The position numbers were made by a program, and so were the translations under genes. Positions 47,811 to 62,364 of a DNA stretch of 63,978 nt are shown here, piece after piece (the stretch's first letter is position 1; the number at the start of each line of letters is the position of its first letter). The notes under the pieces are model-generated. The model had not been told where the DNA came from, did not search any database, and saw only the letters and a program-made list of their open reading frames with translations. The DNA comes from Chara braunii (taxonomy: Eukaryota > Plantae > Charophyceae), in assembly GCA_003427395.1 (NCBI GenBank), contig BFEA01000027.1, forward strand, positions 1,172,170-1,236,147, written 5' to 3'.

Positions 47811-48350
47811 TCAATCCAAAAAGTATCGTAACGGTTGAACTTCCCATCGAGCTGTCGCTTTACGTTTCGCGTGGAAGGGGGCGGGCACGTACTTGGTATC
47901 CCGTTTCCGGGTCAAGTCCCGACGTCGCTCATTACACAACTCTGAATCTGACGTGGAAGGCCTTAACAGGGTGGCTCTTTCCTTATGCTCATCTTCCTCT
48001 CGTACTCGGAAGTGAAAGCCCTTTGATTGGTAACGCTCGAAGCGGCAACAATCGTTGCACAGAGTGTTAGGCCAATGGGGCGCTACTGCTGACCACGGGA
48101 TGACGATTAGCTCATTAAACGACAATAGCAATGAATAAGGCGGAAAGTGTGTGTCCACAATAACAAAACCAGCACCGACAAATCCAGAGCATCGAGTTTT
48201 AAGAGGCAAGTAGTATCTTCCGCCGATCTTGGTGACGGCTTCTCGTACGTCCCACTCGCATACACGTGTCCTCTTCTCGTTATATGGGAAGGGGCGTGGG
48301 GGGGATGCGGAAGGCCGGCGCCCAGTCGGCTTGGGACAATCGGTCCACAT
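47811..48350 (-). CDS. LTR-encoded ORF of element D
   Basis: Close homolog of 3575-4027 with mostly synonymous differences. Confidence 0.65.
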   Translation of the reverse strand: MWTDCPKPTGRRPSASPPRPFPYNEKRTRVCEWDVREAVTKIGGRYYLPLKTRCSGFVGAGFVIVDTHFPPYSLLLSFNELIVIPWSAVAPHWPNTLCNDCCRFERYQSKGFHFRVREEDEHKERATLLRPSTSDSELCNERRRDLTRKRDTKYVPAPFHAKRKATARWEVQPLRYFLD

Positions 48351-50200
48351 GGCAACAGCGAGATCCTATTTAGCATGCATCCCACATGTTAATCAGAACG
48401 ATCCTACGATCTAGTGGAAGACAAGTCCATCAGGCAATCGTCTCATGATCCAGACATTCTCATTCATCCTCACAGACATTCATCAAAGAAGGTGCGAAAA
48501 TGGCAGCCACACATCATTCAGTTCTCCGTGTGCTCTGTACCCCTGCCCCGTTATCCCCGATTAATTAAGCGTCAGCCAAACAACAATCTCATTCCTCGTG
48601 TACAATAGATTAACAAGCATCCATAATTGTTCATGTCATAGAGGGAGAGAGAGGAGGTAGGGAGGAGAAGACGCGGAGCAGACAAGATAGATGAAAATTA
48701 CACCAAGATCCGATGATGAAAAAAAGGAAAGAGCTTCGGGCTTAACTGTCGTCGAACTGAACTCACACCAAGGAATAGATTCGAGACAGGGAGGCGCATC
48801 CGCCGCGAAGTTCAGTTATGGCCCCGGGCCATTCATCCATTCAACTCTGATTACTATCCCCGTGCATGCACCGACGATCCCGGCCGTCGCATGCCACTTT
48901 CCACCACTGCGATCGTCACCCCGCCGACTTAGTCTCTGCACAGCCTTCCCGGATCCCACAGTCCGTCATGGCGATCAGGCGCACCGTCGGCCAGACTACA
49001 GTCAGCTCGTCGGGACTTTTCGACTCGCACTCCACACATACCATCTAGCCACCGCTTCCCGGAAGCTGGCATACAAGTTGAGAGAGAGATTTGTGGGCGC
49101 GCTTGCGGAATTTATAGTTGCGGGAAGGGAGGTAGATACGAGGGAGGATGCAGATTGGGGCAGGGAAGGGTGAGGGGGGGTAGGGGATAATTGCTCGGCG
49201 AAAGCCATGTTGATCCTTCTGAGTCCGATCGTAGCCAATCAGAGTCATCGCATAATAGGAGCTTCCTCTTACACGGCGCTTCTCCTTGGCTAGACGAGGT
49301 AAGGAAAAGACCGACCGGGTTCTTGGGTGTAGGACTTAGAGTGGGAGGGGAAGGGTGCGCAGGATAGCGCGAAACGGATCCAAGATTCAGATGATCAAGA
49401 AAGAGAAAACGCGCGCGGGGCGAGAGAGAGAGAGAGAGGGAAAAAACGGTTACAGAGGGAGAGTGAGCGTGGGCGCGAAGGGAGCGTCGAAGATGGCGAG
49501 GGGAGCAGAAAGGGGGAAGCTCGCTTGCATGGCGCCGATCACAGATGCAAAAAGAGGCACCAAAACAGTTACAGATTCNNNNNNNNNNNNNNNNNNNNNN
49601 NNNNNNNNNNNNNNNNNNNNNNNNNNNNNNNNNNNNNNNNNNNNNNNNNNNNNNNNNNNNNNNNNNNNNNNNNNNNNNNNNNNNNNNNNNNNNNNNNNNN
49701 NNNNNNNNNNNNNNNNNNNNNNNNNNNNNNNNNNNNNNNNNNNNNNNNNNNNNNNNNNNNNNNNNNNNNNNNNNNNNNNNNNNNNNNNNNNNNNNNNNNN
49801 NNNNNNNNNNNNNNNNNNNNNNNNNNNNNNNNNNNNNNNNNNNNNNNNNNNNNNNNNNNNNNNNNNNNNNNNNNNNNNNNNNNNNNNNNNNNNNNNNNNN
49901 NNNNNNNNNNNNNNNNNNNNNNNNNNNNNNNNNNNNNNNNNNNNNNNNNNNNNNNNNNNNNNNNNNNNNNNNNNNNNNNNNNNNNNNNNNNNNNNNNNNN
50001 NNNNNNNNNNNNNNNNNNNNNNNNNNNNNNNNNNNNNNNNNNNNNNNNNNNNNNNNNNNNNNNNNNNNNNNNNNNNNNNNNNNNNNNNNNNNNNNNNNNN
50101 NNNNNNNNNNNNNNNNNNNNNNNNNNNNNNNNNNNNNNNNNNNNNNNNNNNNNNNNNNNNNNNNNNNNNNNNNNNNNNNNNNNNNNNNNNNNNNNNNNNN

Positions 50201-50255
<55 letters not shown>

Positions 50256-51334
50256 CCTATGTGCACGTTTGGCAAGCTTCTTATCTCTGTCCAGGTACAT
50301 AATTAAGAAAGGGATCAAACGAATGAATGCAATAGATCTGTACAAACACACACAACGAATACACAAAAAGTTTGAAAAAGGTTACATCAGAAGCAAATCT
50401 GCAGCAAGCTCGAACCTATCTGCCGAGGTAACAGTCACCTTGACTTGACACAGCACAGACCCCTCTGAGAACAGGCAGTTGCAGACTGAACACAGGCAAT
50501 GTAACTTAGCTCTGCTGAATGGCAGGGTCAGCCATCAAGCATAGCCTGCAAATGAAAGGGATCCATCAAGAAAACCAATTAACCAAAGGTCAGACAGGTG
50601 TCGACATGGGCAGATCAGTGTACAATACAAAGCCATAGGCATGAATGTGCACATAGATACTGACATCAAGAAACTTGCAGGCGTTGGACATTGAAACCAA
50701 GGCCAAAAGCCGAAAACCAATGTGCAATCAGCTTGAACGGCATGATTTTTTTTCTGTGTTCTGTCCGCAATCTGAGTTTGATGCAAGATTTCTGTGTTTT
50801 TCTGAGTGTTCAGATCGACTGTTTTGCTTGTCCAGATTTTGGGTCAAGTGAAGCCCTAGTCCAGACCTGGTTGTCCACGTGTAAATGTCCCGTCCCTGGC
50901 GAGTGTCCTACTTGCAAAAAGTAGAAGCTTTCGAGGGTGAATAGTACCAAATCTTGTCTGAACAAATTTGTGACTTGGGGACTTGTTCCAGTAGTCGAAG
51001 CTCCAAAATCCATGGCGAGTAGCGGCGCCCGAAAAGCAGCAGTGTTTTTGTAGCAGATGCTTTCGCACACTTCATACAGCAGCAGGTTGCCAAGAACAGT
51101 CCAAAAAGTCCTCTGACCCGTCTCCTGCTGTAACGCTGAAATCCTTGCGAAGAAGACCGGCATCCGTCCACACAACGGCCATGACAGGCGGGGATGCGAT
51201 CAGCACCGTGGCGAATGGAAAAACAAAGATGGCAAAATTTCTGACACATTTTCTGACTGTCAAGTTGGGCGAGTGACGGGTACTATATAACCAGGCCCTT
51301 GAATTCGTAGGGGCATTTGGATATGTAATGACCT

Positions 51335-52655
51335 GCAAAATCACAGACTGAGAACTTTGCTATTATCTGAGTTGTGCCGCTGGACTGTGTGGCTTATTGA
51401 GATTCCCGCATTCTGCTGCTAAGATTTCGAAGCACGTGTGCATGCATGATTGCTGAGTTTCCGTGTGTTTGTCAGACTGCATGGTTGTTTGGGTGTGTGT
51501 GTACTTGTGTGCTGGAAAGGCCCTCGGCTTGGTACTTACCTGTAGCCGTGCTTTTGTGGGAATGCAGCAGGAACTTGGAGATAGGCTAGGCCTCCTGTAG
51601 GATGGAAAACACTCAAGTAGTGGGTGGGTAGGCAGAAGAAGACAAAAAGTTAGTACCTTTAGAGGCCGAAGGAATTGTGGAGTCCGATAGGCTTGGAGTC
51701 AAGGGATACCGGTCCGGTAGTCTTGAGTCTAGGGCCTGCAGGAGGGATATCAGACTGCAATTATGTTTCCCTCTGAAATGGGGAAGGCACCGGTAGCTTG
51801 GGAGGCAGTGTGGCCTGGAAAGTCACCCACCCGAAGAGGCAGTAGGCCGGTATATTTTCGGGGAGAGCCAAGAGCTCCTCCTCATTTGCAGCGTGCAAGG
51901 TTGGGCGCCATGCTGGTGGAGCGAGCACTCAGTGTAACAGTGGGGAGGAAGAAGGCAGGCTCGGCCCTCCACCTTGGCTATGGTGGAGAGAACCAAGGAG
52001 GAGACTCCGGGGAAGAAGTAGGACGAGGAATACGGTGAGCAAGGAGGAGAGTGGCAGGGGTGCTTACCTGGTTATGGTGGTCCGCATCTTCATCTTCCTG
52101 GCTGGTGCTGCACCTGGAAGGCCCCAGTAGGGGTTGGCTTCTACAAGAAAGACTTCGGGGTAGTGGAAGGCATGGCGGCCATAGGAGAGATGTGTGGGCT
52201 TTGTGTTATCCTGTGAACATCGGAGCTTTGCTCCATTAGTCAGCCCTAGCCACCTACTTGACTAAGGCGGAGGAAGGTGTATGAGATGGCTATGGTGAAA
52301 CTCTTGAGTGGGTGGCAGTAAGGAGAGTATTTGGACATTGGTTCTCGTTCATTCTTTCATTGTTGTTATTATTCAGAAGAACAAGTTGCAGGAGTAAGAG
52401 GAGGTTGGAGATGGTGGTGAGTTAAACGGGGATTTGACATTGGTCCTTTCTGGTGTCAATCGTCTTCTTCTTCTTCTTCTTCTTCTTCTTCTTCTTCTTC
52501 TTCTTCTTCTTCTTCTTCTTCTTCTTCTTCTTCCATTCTTATTTCTTCATCTTCCTTTGTCTATTTCTCCTTCAAAGTTCTTTCATTTCAGTTGCCATTG
52601 AATGGCATTGTCTTTCTTCGAGTTATTGCACATCAAGATAGTCAGGATCATAACA
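51335..52655 (-). repeat. ~1.3-kb dispersed repeat, inverted copy
   Basis: Reverse complement aligns with 60280-61460 and 62365-63705, including the (GAA)n tract. Confidence 0.8.
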
Positions 52656-55600
52656 GATTGTCAAATACTTTAATGAGGGGGTATGGGAACAGCTAAGAGG
52701 GGTAGAAAGGAGAGACTGGCTAGATGTCATTTGCATTTAGGAAACCCACCTTATGGACACGGTGGAGCACCACCATGTGCATAAGGACGTCTGGCCCTAC
52801 CACGCCTTCCGGGCGCATGCTCCACGGCCCATAAATGCGGGGGTGCCCATCTGGGTACCCCCTAACTCAAGATTAGAACCAGTACACTGGGAAGTAGACC
52901 AAGAGGAGGGGAGGTGGGTATGTGTTTTGGGGATGCTAGAGTTGGAAGTAGTGCTGATTGTCTGCATATGTGGGCCCAACGAGGTGGGTGCCAGAAGGGG
53001 ATTTTTTGAGTCTACCAAAAACAAGATCCCAGATGCGATCCCGACCATTCTGGCGGGGGGCTTTAACGCGGCACCGGACCGCTGGCTGGACAGATGGACG
53101 CTCCGCTCCCCATGCCCCGCATACGTGGAGGCCGACGAACAAATCATCGCGAACTTATGTGGGTCACTAGGTCTGTATGATCCCTTCCGCTGACTATTCC
53201 CGAATAGGCGAGCTTTCTCTTGTTATAGGAAAAATTGACCAGATAGAATCTCGAGATCAAGGATTGATCTAATATTGATATCGCAGGACCTGGAAGGGGC
53301 TCTACAGATAGCGGAGGTATTTCCACAGAGTGTGTTCCCTGGTCTGGACCATGCCATGTGTGTTGTTAACCTCTCTTTCAGAAGACGGTCGGGCCAGGGG
53401 CCGAGCTTTTTTAAACTTAACACTTCCCTATTAATAAAAAAGGAATTCCAAAACTTCATTCACGATGTGTGGCAGTACTGGAAATCACACAGAGAGACCC
53501 TTCATAATGACATTTTGCGGTTTAATAATGGACTGGCCTTTGTTGCTAGAAAATCTAGTGAATTCCCTAAAAGGATCGTGCCCAAAAGACACGCAGATGA
53601 AATAGATTTACACCAACAACTTCAACAATTGAAACAACAACAAGAACATAAAGAACAAGACATAAACACGGAAAAGGAACTTTCAATCGCCATTGAGGCA
53701 ACAGAGAGTCGTTTGCACTCATATGGAACATAGATGGCAAGGGGCACGAATCTGAGGAAAGTTGCACAGGTATAAAACAGAGGGAACAATGGACACCCGG
53801 TTTTTTGCTATGGCTAAGCTAAGGATGGGCAGGTCCATCATAGAAGCGTTGCAGGATCCGTCACAACCCCAAGGCCCCGTGGCTACATCAACACCCCAGT
53901 GCGTCCAGATAGCAAGAAGCTTTTTTTAAGACCTTTTCAAGTCACGAACTAAGGAAAGACCATATGAACAAAGAATGGAAGAAATTGATGAATTCTTGAC
54001 ACCATTACATCAAATTTTGTCGGAACAACAAAAGGAAGCCCTAGAGATGCCTTTGACCAAGGGGGAGGTATGGTCGGCATTGATGCTAATGAAGGAGGAG
54101 AAAACTCCGGGGATAGATGGGCTTCCTAATGAATTTTGGGAGACCATATGGAGTACCCTATCACAAGATCTCATGGACTGTTATCATGCGGTGTAGACCA
54201 TGGGTTATATGGGAGAATTGGTGGGACAAGGGATCCTGACATTGCTGCATAAACAAAGGGATAAAATGAACATAAGGAATTATCGGTCAATCATCTTGTT
54301 AACGGTAGTCTACAAGATGGTGGCAAAAGCCCTGGCGAACCGCCTAGTTAGTGTGTTGGAAGACATTATTCACCCTGCACAGACGGGCTTCATCAGGGGA
54401 AACAAGATCCAATATAATATCTTGCTGGTTAACGAGGTTATAAAAATGTCACGACAATCTAAGCATAATGCAACCGTCATTTTTGTAGACTTTGAAAAAG
54501 CGTATGATCATGTTGACTAGTTCTTCCTGGACAAGTGTTTGGAGAGAATGAACTTTGGTCTGACCTTTAGAAGGTGGATTGAGATCCTACACCATAACGT
54601 CACAACGACGATCCAAGTGAATGGCAGACTGACCCCTGTCATCCATCTGGAGCGGTCAATGCGACAAGGGGACCTCATCGCCCCCTTTCTCTTCGTCATC
54701 ATTATGGAGGCCCTAGCAGCGAACCTGAGGGCCCATAAAAACCTCCGGAAAATACAGATTTCCTCCATCCCAGAGGAGGCCATCCCGGTTTGTTCACCTT
54801 TTTGCAGATGACCTTACCATAATGGCGGGCGTATCTCAGGAAAACATGCAGGAAATCCAAGAATTAATGGACCATTTCTGTCTCCTGTCAGATATGACAG
54901 TCAACTGGGGCGATAATACACAAGGATGGTGCATACACTACCAGGGGGGAGACCGCCGCAAAATCCCGGTGTCAGATGGATGCCTACAGAGACCCCAATC
55001 ATAATACTGGGGGTCTAGATGACAACGAAGGGGCAGCCACCCCTGAACAACGAGTGGCTCACCCAACCGGTCCTTGAAAAGTTGAGCCAGTGGAAGGACA
55101 GGCAGACATCTCTAATGGGTCGCTCCTTGGTGATTAATAACGTAGTCCCGACAACCCTCTGGTACAAGACAACGATCTGGGCTCTCAGTAAACCCGCAAC
55201 TGCCTCCCTTCATAGATAGGTGGCGACCTTCTTATGGAGAGGAAACCATGAGTGCTCTACAACAATTAGCAGAGTAGCCTGGAGGTCAGTTATTCAACCT
55301 AACTCCAAAGGGGGTCTGGGGATTATTGACCCTACTACCCAGGTGATGGCCTTAGCCCTCGAATGGGTGAAAGCCTATTGTTCTCTACACAGGCGCTATG
55401 GCAGCCCCTAGCATTGCAGCAAATCGCCAGGCTGGCACCACTAGCCTCTCCTGAAGTTGCGCCAGAGACACGGCTCGAGGACAGATACTCGGCTATACCC
55501 AGGAAATCGGCAAGGGCTAGAAATGATGGGGAGACCGATAGACATGCAACTAGGCATGACTTAAAAAAGGACCCCTTTGGCCCGCTATTCCAAGGACATG

Positions 55601-57150
55601 GCAGAAGTTGGCCCTGGCGAATAAGTTTCGCCTGAGTGTTGGGAAGAAGAGGCCCGACAACCCCTTTTTGGAAACCGATGGATTACAGATCAGCATAGCA
55701 GGGTACTCCTCAGCAACGAGAATCCTTGGAAAGGTTGGGTCAAGAATGAGATCCTGAGAGTCAAAGACATCTGGGATCAAGAAACCAAAGAGTGGTTGTC
55801 GGAGTCCCAACTAAGGGTGAAGCTGAGGTATTGCCATAAGGTGGGAGAGGCACTGGACACGGTCATTTTTGCTATCCCCCTAGATTGCGTCTGGATCCTT
55901 CGCAAGGGGTCGTCGGTGAAGGAAGGGGATTGGGTAGGGTTCAGGGGCACATAGGGGGTGATCGGAAATATAGTATATACCCGTCCTGTAGGTGCGGGCG
56001 AGCAACAGGAAGTGGTTGTCAACTGGTTCAAAATAAGGGCAGATAACCATTTGGAACAGGTACAACTAGAAGAAACAGAATGGTACCCGAGGTCGGGAGT
56101 ATTCCGTATCCGTGTCCTTAAGGAAAAGGACCAATGAAGGGTATACAAACCAAATATGCCAATACAGAAACTCCCCTTAGATCCTAATGAGTGGAGATGG
56201 ACTCTGCAATATGGTACGGGTAGATCCGGGGAAAGGCGGTTGCATACTCTCTCTGTCAAAGCCACTTAGTACCGAATGCTAAGACCAAGAGTCAATTTGA
56301 AGGATGTGGTTGAGGCGCGCTGGATGAATCATCTTGATATAGGGAGGGATATGTTGCGACCAGTAAATTGGTTAAGGCAAATAAAGCTATGCCAGCAAAA
56401 CTAGCCTCCTTACAATGGCAGGTGGAACATAGCCTGCCAACAAACGATTGGCTAATAGACAGAACGCGCCTGGAACAAAAAGGGTTGGGACTTCCCTGGT
56501 GCAGGCTATGTAGAGAATCCTTCCCTTCTAGGAAATGGCCCGAGACCAATATGTTTCTGCAGTGCCCAGCAGCGATATGGCTGTGAAGATGGTGGGACCG
56601 CCTCGAGAGACGAGTAGGCGCCTCACAGCCCTGGCCATGGGACTGGAGAGCGCTCCTCTGCGAAGCATGGGGCCCAGTACAGGTCACCACCTTTGAGAAG
56701 AACATGTTTAAAGTGGGCGCCGAGCCATTATCTGGGCTATCTGGTGGCGTCGGTGCACATTGGAAATGGCAGGGGTACGCCGGGATGGCATGGAGTTTAT
56801 TAACTCAGTAAAGGAATAAATACAAGAAGATATTACCATCCAATGGGAAAGAGTCAAACAGAAGACAACTTTTTTACACTCTAAACAGGAAATCATACAA
56901 ATTATTGAAAGTTTCTGCAAAGACTGGCTGGCGGGGAACAAGGTGGGTGGATTGCAAAGGTAGAGTGGAAAGAAAGGGAGAAGGGGAGGGATGTTGTAGG
57001 AGACGGGGACAGAGACTACCATCTAAGCTTTCAAGATTGGACGAAGATTCACTCCTCTTTCCCGACTCGGCCCTCTTCAGAATTTGTCGACTTTTTCCCT
57101 CCCTCACCTCAGGCTTTGGTGGACATGGATTGGTATGGGGGGGCAGTCGA
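52655..57150 (+). mobile_element. Decayed L1/Tx1-type LINE ORF2 (AP endonuclease, RT, C-terminal Cys-rich region)
   Basis: DVICI*ETH, LAGGFNA, RIDLILIS, LDHAM; KTPGIDGLPNEFW, NYRSIILL..YKMVAKALANRL, QTGFIRG, DFEKAYDHV, RQGDLIAP, FADDL; KGGLGI; CRLC..ET..FLQCP. Confidence 0.9.
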
Positions 57151-60100
57151 TAAAATGGTAGTTCTGGGGTACCTGCAGGAACTTTTATTCTGTTAAAAGG
57201 ATCGTAGGGGTGAAGGATGGTAAAAGAGGTTGGTGAGGGGAGGGAGGAACAAGTCTTGTAGCAGCAGGTATGTCCCAGACGCGAGGTCTCAAAGTCAATG
57301 CAGTATAATGAGGTTCTGGTCTCAAAAGAAGGAACTGCAGTTACAGTCTTGATTTCCAGCAGGTGCAGCAGGTGCAGCCCAAGGCTGAAGGGTGGTAAAA
57401 GGGCCTGGTGAGGGGAGGGAGGAACTAGTTTGCAGCAGTAGGTATCTGGCGCCTGGCTCAGGGAGAAGAGGTTGCCCCCTAATTTCCTGCTCAGTCAATC
57501 CTCTGGATTCCAGGGTAATCAATGCTGGCAGGAGTCTCCCACTTGCTTTCTTTTCCTGATATACTCCAAATTCAGTCTGTATAAGGGACGATGGACCCAT
57601 TTTCCAGCAGGTGATGCTCCCCACCAATAGATGGAGTCTCTCCCCAGGTGCTAGTGGTGTCTGCTCTTACCAGCACCACTATCACTGAAGGTGTCGTTTC
57701 CCAAAAAAAAAAAAAAAAAAAAAAAAAAAACCGGGGCCCTTAGGGGATTTTGGTCAAAGTCCGGTCCAGGCGTGCATGGGCTGGCCCCTGGTGTATAGTC
57801 TAGTACCACAGATATCTGAACCCTGTAATGCATTGGATACGTCCAGACCTGGAATGTACAAGTGGGACCACCATGAGGAGCAGCAGCAGGCCTGCTAGAG
57901 CTGTTAGGTCTCTGGAGGGAGGCTGGGTACCTCCCTCCGGTCCAGCTGCATATTGGAGAATAGGGAAACAATGAAGGGCTGTTATTTATCCTCGCTTGAA
58001 TGACTCTCTGGGCGCCTACTGCTGAGGGAGGGAGACAGAAGAGAAGTCAGGAAGGCTCCTAGCTATGGTCGATGACCTTCCTGGCTATGGTGAGCCATAT
58101 AATTGAGGGGAGTGAGGTGATGCGCTTCGAAAGAATGCCTGACTAGTTTTGCCCATATTATGTCTGATTAACTGCTTGAGACTAAGTGGGAGACGAAAGA
58201 AGGCAACAGGACGCCGAGGAGTTCTTGTGAATGTTTTGCATGTACCTGCTTCAGATTATCATCTCTCTTGCGTGTGAGGCCCCAGGCCTCGGCGAGCCCC
58301 TAAAAGGGCTGCCTGTGCAGAATACTGCTGGGCCATTAGTGAAGGTCGCAGTGAGAGAAAAGAAGGCCAGCGCTAAGTGAAGGCTGAGCCTGGGTTACTG
58401 GGCCTGGGACAGGCGGCGGCCTAGGCCCAGCCTCCAGTTAGTTACACAGGCTGGGACCCGAACTTGGACCAGAAGGCGGTAGGAACTGCCCAGTGCCTAC
58501 TTCCCCAGATCCTGGCCTCACAAAGGACAGGCAGAGTCCTGTGTCTTTAATAAACAGTCACAAGTAAAGTGAACAAAAAAAAGATAGGCTCTTTTTTTTA
58601 TAGGCTAATGCAACAAAAAATGCTCTTTTTATTAGGGCTACTACATTGCTGTTGTATTGCTTTTTGGAGGTGAGAAGTGGGCTTTCTTTGTCAAGGGACT
58701 TCAGTTCTGGGTGTGCTCTTAACTGGTGTGCTCTTGGCTTTCATAATTTTGCTTTCAACTCATCTCACTCATACTTGGTCCTCTATGAGCTTTTGCATCT
58801 CGAAAACTATGTGTTCTCATCGGATGGTTCCTTGCATATGGTGCTTGATATTTGGGGGTCAAGCTGACCTCCCTCGATGAGTTTTGAGTGTTTGGATGCT
58901 GGCATTTAATGTGGTTGATAGGAAAGAGAACCTCCTGCTGATCCTCAGGCCACTAGGATTACTAATGTGCTTTATATGGGCCCTGAGAAAGGAAAGGGTT
59001 TAAAGGGTTTAAAGGGCTTAAAGGGTTTCACAGGTTTAAAGAAACAGACGTAGCAATAGCGTATAGGGGGGCTGCTGAATAAGGTAGGGCTAATAGAAAA
59101 GAGGTGCTCCAATATGGGATGGGTGATACTGGCAGCTCTATGGGATAACGGAGCACCAGGATGCGACATAAATGGTCAGAGCCCTAGGAAACAATAAACA
59201 ACGCACTCTGAGTTATAAGATGCATTAATGGGACATTCTCTGTGCTAAAAGATGTATCAATGGGACGCTGGACCCGGTTTCCAGCAGGTGACGCTCCCCA
59301 CCAATAGATGGAGCAGCCCGATAAATAAACCCTCAATTCGGACGGTTCTCTTACCACCGCCGGAATAGAGGGCTTACGCAAAGGGCTATTTCCAGGGGGG
59401 GGGGGGGGAAAGCAAGAGAGATGAAGCAGATGATGAGGGAATTCACGAATTTTTTCACGTATCTCTTGCGAGTACTTGCTGGAAGGGGAAGTTTGTGAGT
59501 ATTCTTTCATTCGCTTGGTTCACTGAGCTTTCATTCTTTATTTTTTACGAAGAGGACGGACAAGAAAGATTGGAAGAGGAGGAGAGGAGTGGATACTATG
59601 CTGAATGGAACCAATACAACATTTACCCACCATGCATCTCTACAGACTAAAACTACAAGATGACCTAGCAGGGACATGTTTGTTCTTCACTCTCCCTCTA
59701 TTCCTCTCGAGTGTGTCGAAGCTCTCTCCCATCATTGAGCGACTTGGACCATAGCACTTACATGACTGGCAATAGACACAGAGTGAGACCGACCGACAGA
59801 CAGGCGGGTAGATGGAGAGATCGACAGGCCGATGGAGAAAAAGACAGACGGGCAGACGGACAGAAGGACAGAAGCACAGAAAGACACACACACACACACG
59901 CACACACACGCACTCCCATGGGCTACTCTTTTGGAGCACATGGAAGATGGGGGACTTCTGTCGTATTTTAAGCAGTAGTGTCAGTGCTCCTGGTGTCGCG
60001 TGGAGATTCTGCGGAGTTATTTTGCGGTTTTGTGGGCCGAATCAGAGGCCTCTTCCAATTCTTTCGGACCATTGGAGGTTCTGGTCGGTGCTTTCTTGTT

Positions 60101-60279
60101 GGTAGTGCCTTCTGCGTTAATTGTTAAGGATGTTGCCTTTTGTCCTTCATCGATGTATGCCCGAATGTTTGGGTATGTGCCTGGTATGTGATTTTGCAGA
60201 GCAGGCTGGAGTTGTACGGTGAGTGGGCACTTGGCGCTTCCCTCTGCTTTTTTTCCTTACATTGAAAAAAATATATATT

Positions 60280-61457
60280 GTTACAATCCTGGCCAATTTC
60301 GAAGTGCAAAATTCACAAGAAAGCACAATACCCATCCAATTGTAAAAGAAATGAATGAACTTGAGAGGAGGGAGAGATAAAGGAGAAGAAGAAGATGAAA
60401 GGCAGAAGAAGAAGAAGGTGTACACCAGCATAAGACCAATGATAATTCCTCCTCCTCTCGTCAACTAACTCCTCCTCCTTGCACCTCCGCTCTTATTCAA
60501 ACAACAAATAATAATAATAATGATGAATGGCTGAACCAGAATCAAAGTCCGAATCCCACTTCTACTGCTTGGCATCACTAGAGGTCCACCATAGCCATGG
60601 CCTCCATCTTCTTCCTCCTCAACCAGGCCAAGGCTATGGCAGACTACTAAGGGCCTAGCCCTGCTGTGTAAAAGACAGCACAAAGCAGCTATGTCAGCTG
60701 CTGCTCAGGGCGTCATGCCTGACTCTGCCTTGAAGCCTTCTTGGTGTGGCGCAACCCCCACTGGGGCCTTCCAGATGCAGCACCTAACAAAGTGATGAAG
60801 ATGGCGTCCACCATAGCCAGGTAGGTACCTCACCACTCTCCTACCTAGTCCCCTTCTTCCTCCTCCTCCTACCGGTAGAGCTCCACCATAGCCGAGGTCG
60901 GAGCTCCCGGCCTTCTTCCTCCTCCCAGCGCTGCAGTGTCCAGTGCTCCTCCTTCCAGCAGCGCCCTGAAGCCCAGTGCTGGCCCAAGCAGCACGACCTC
61001 CAAACTTGCATACCGCAAATGAGGTACAGCCCAGTGCTCTACCTGAAGATATAGCGGCCTGACTGCCTCTTGGGCAGTGACTTCCGGGCCGCGCGGTCTC
61101 CAAGCAACCGATACCTCCTCCCTTTTGGAGGGGAACATCATTGCAGGCTTTGATATCGTCCGCACAGGCCCTAGACTCAGACTACTTGGACTGGTACCGG
61201 CCTAGACCTTGCCTACCAGCTACTGGGCCTCTAAAATGCCAACTTTTGTCTTCTGCTCAGCATCCAGTTCCCAACACATCCACCGCTACTTGAGTGATAC
61301 CGGCCTACCAGCTACTTGAGTGTTTTTCCCGCTGCTGTGAGTGTCGCGGGCCCACCCCAGCTACTTAGAGCGTTTTCCCCACTGCAACCCTCAAAGTCAT
61401 GGCCACAGGTAAGTACCGGCCCTGCAGGGCCGCCAATCAAACAAGTGCCCTTTCAGG

Positions 61458-61460
<3 letters not shown>
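60280..61460 (+). repeat. ~1.3-kb dispersed repeat, copy 2 (runs into (CA)n and a gap)
   Basis: Aligns with 62365-63545. Confidence 0.8.
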
Positions 61461-61544
<84 letters not shown>

Positions 61545-62364
61545 NNNNNNNNNNNNNNNNNNNNNNNNNNNNNNNNNNNNNNNNNNNNNNNNNNNNNNNN
61601 NNNNNNNNNNNNNNNNNNNNNNNNNNNNNNNNNNNNNNNNNNNNNNNNNNNNNNNNNNNNNNNNNNNNNNNNNNNNNNNNNNNNNNNNNNNNNNNNNNNN
61701 NNNNNNNNNNNNNNNNNNNNNNNNNNNNNNNNNNNNNNNNNNNNNNNNNNNNNNNNNNNNNNNNNNNNNNNNNNNNNNNNNNNNNNNNNNNNNNNNNNNN
61801 NNNNNNNNNNNNNNNNNNNNNNNNNNNNNNNNNNNNNNNNNNNNNNNNNNNNNNNNNNNNNNNNNNNNNNNNNNNNNNNNNNNNNNNNNNNNNNNNNNNN
61901 NNNNNNNNNNNNNNNNNNNNNNNNNNNNNNNNNNNNNNNNNNNNNNNNNNNNNNNNNNNNNNNNNNNNNNNNNNNNNNNNNNNNNNNNNNNNNNNNNNNN
62001 NNNNNNNNNNNNNNNNNNNNNNNNNNNNNNNNNNNNNNNNNNNNNNNNNNNNNNNNNNNNNNNNNNNNNNNNNNNNNNNNNNNNNNNNNNNNNNNNNNNN
62101 NNNNNNNNNNNNNNNNNNNNNNNNNNNNNNNNNNNNNNNNNNNNNNNNNNNNNNNNNNNNNNNNNNNNNNNNNNNNNNNNNNNNNNNNNNNNNNNNNNNN
62201 NNNNNNNNNNNNNNNNNNNNNNNNNNNNNNNNNNNNNNNNNNNNNNNNNNNNNNNNNNNNNNNNNNNNNNNNNNNNNNNNNNNNNNNNNNNNNNNNNNNN
62301 NNNNNNNNNNNNNNNNNNNNNNNNNNNNNNNNNNNNNNNNNNNNNNNNNNNNNNNNNNNNNNNN

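Larger units (their letters stand above)
44938..49578 (-). mobile_element. Ty3/Gypsy-like element D (A-family LTR 47580 to gap, PBS 47567-47579, gag then integrase, no PR/RT/RH)
   Basis: LTR homologous to 1729-4395; gag 47449-46179 with CYNCKQPGHFAREC; integrase core and C-terminus ~45870-44940. Confidence 0.9.

Noticed and set aside
49112-50448. ORFs spanning N-gaps or microsatellites (also 8310-8996, 11228-11671, 16316-17199, 61316-62551)
   Set aside because: Artefacts of Ns and simple repeats.
50810-51340. Possible host exon on the minus strand after a TTTTGCAG acceptor
   Set aside because: No recognisable protein and no partner exons.
58992-59040. Telomere-like repeat AAAGGGTTT
   Set aside because: The unit is 9 bp with only ~5 imperfect copies and is not TTTAGGG.
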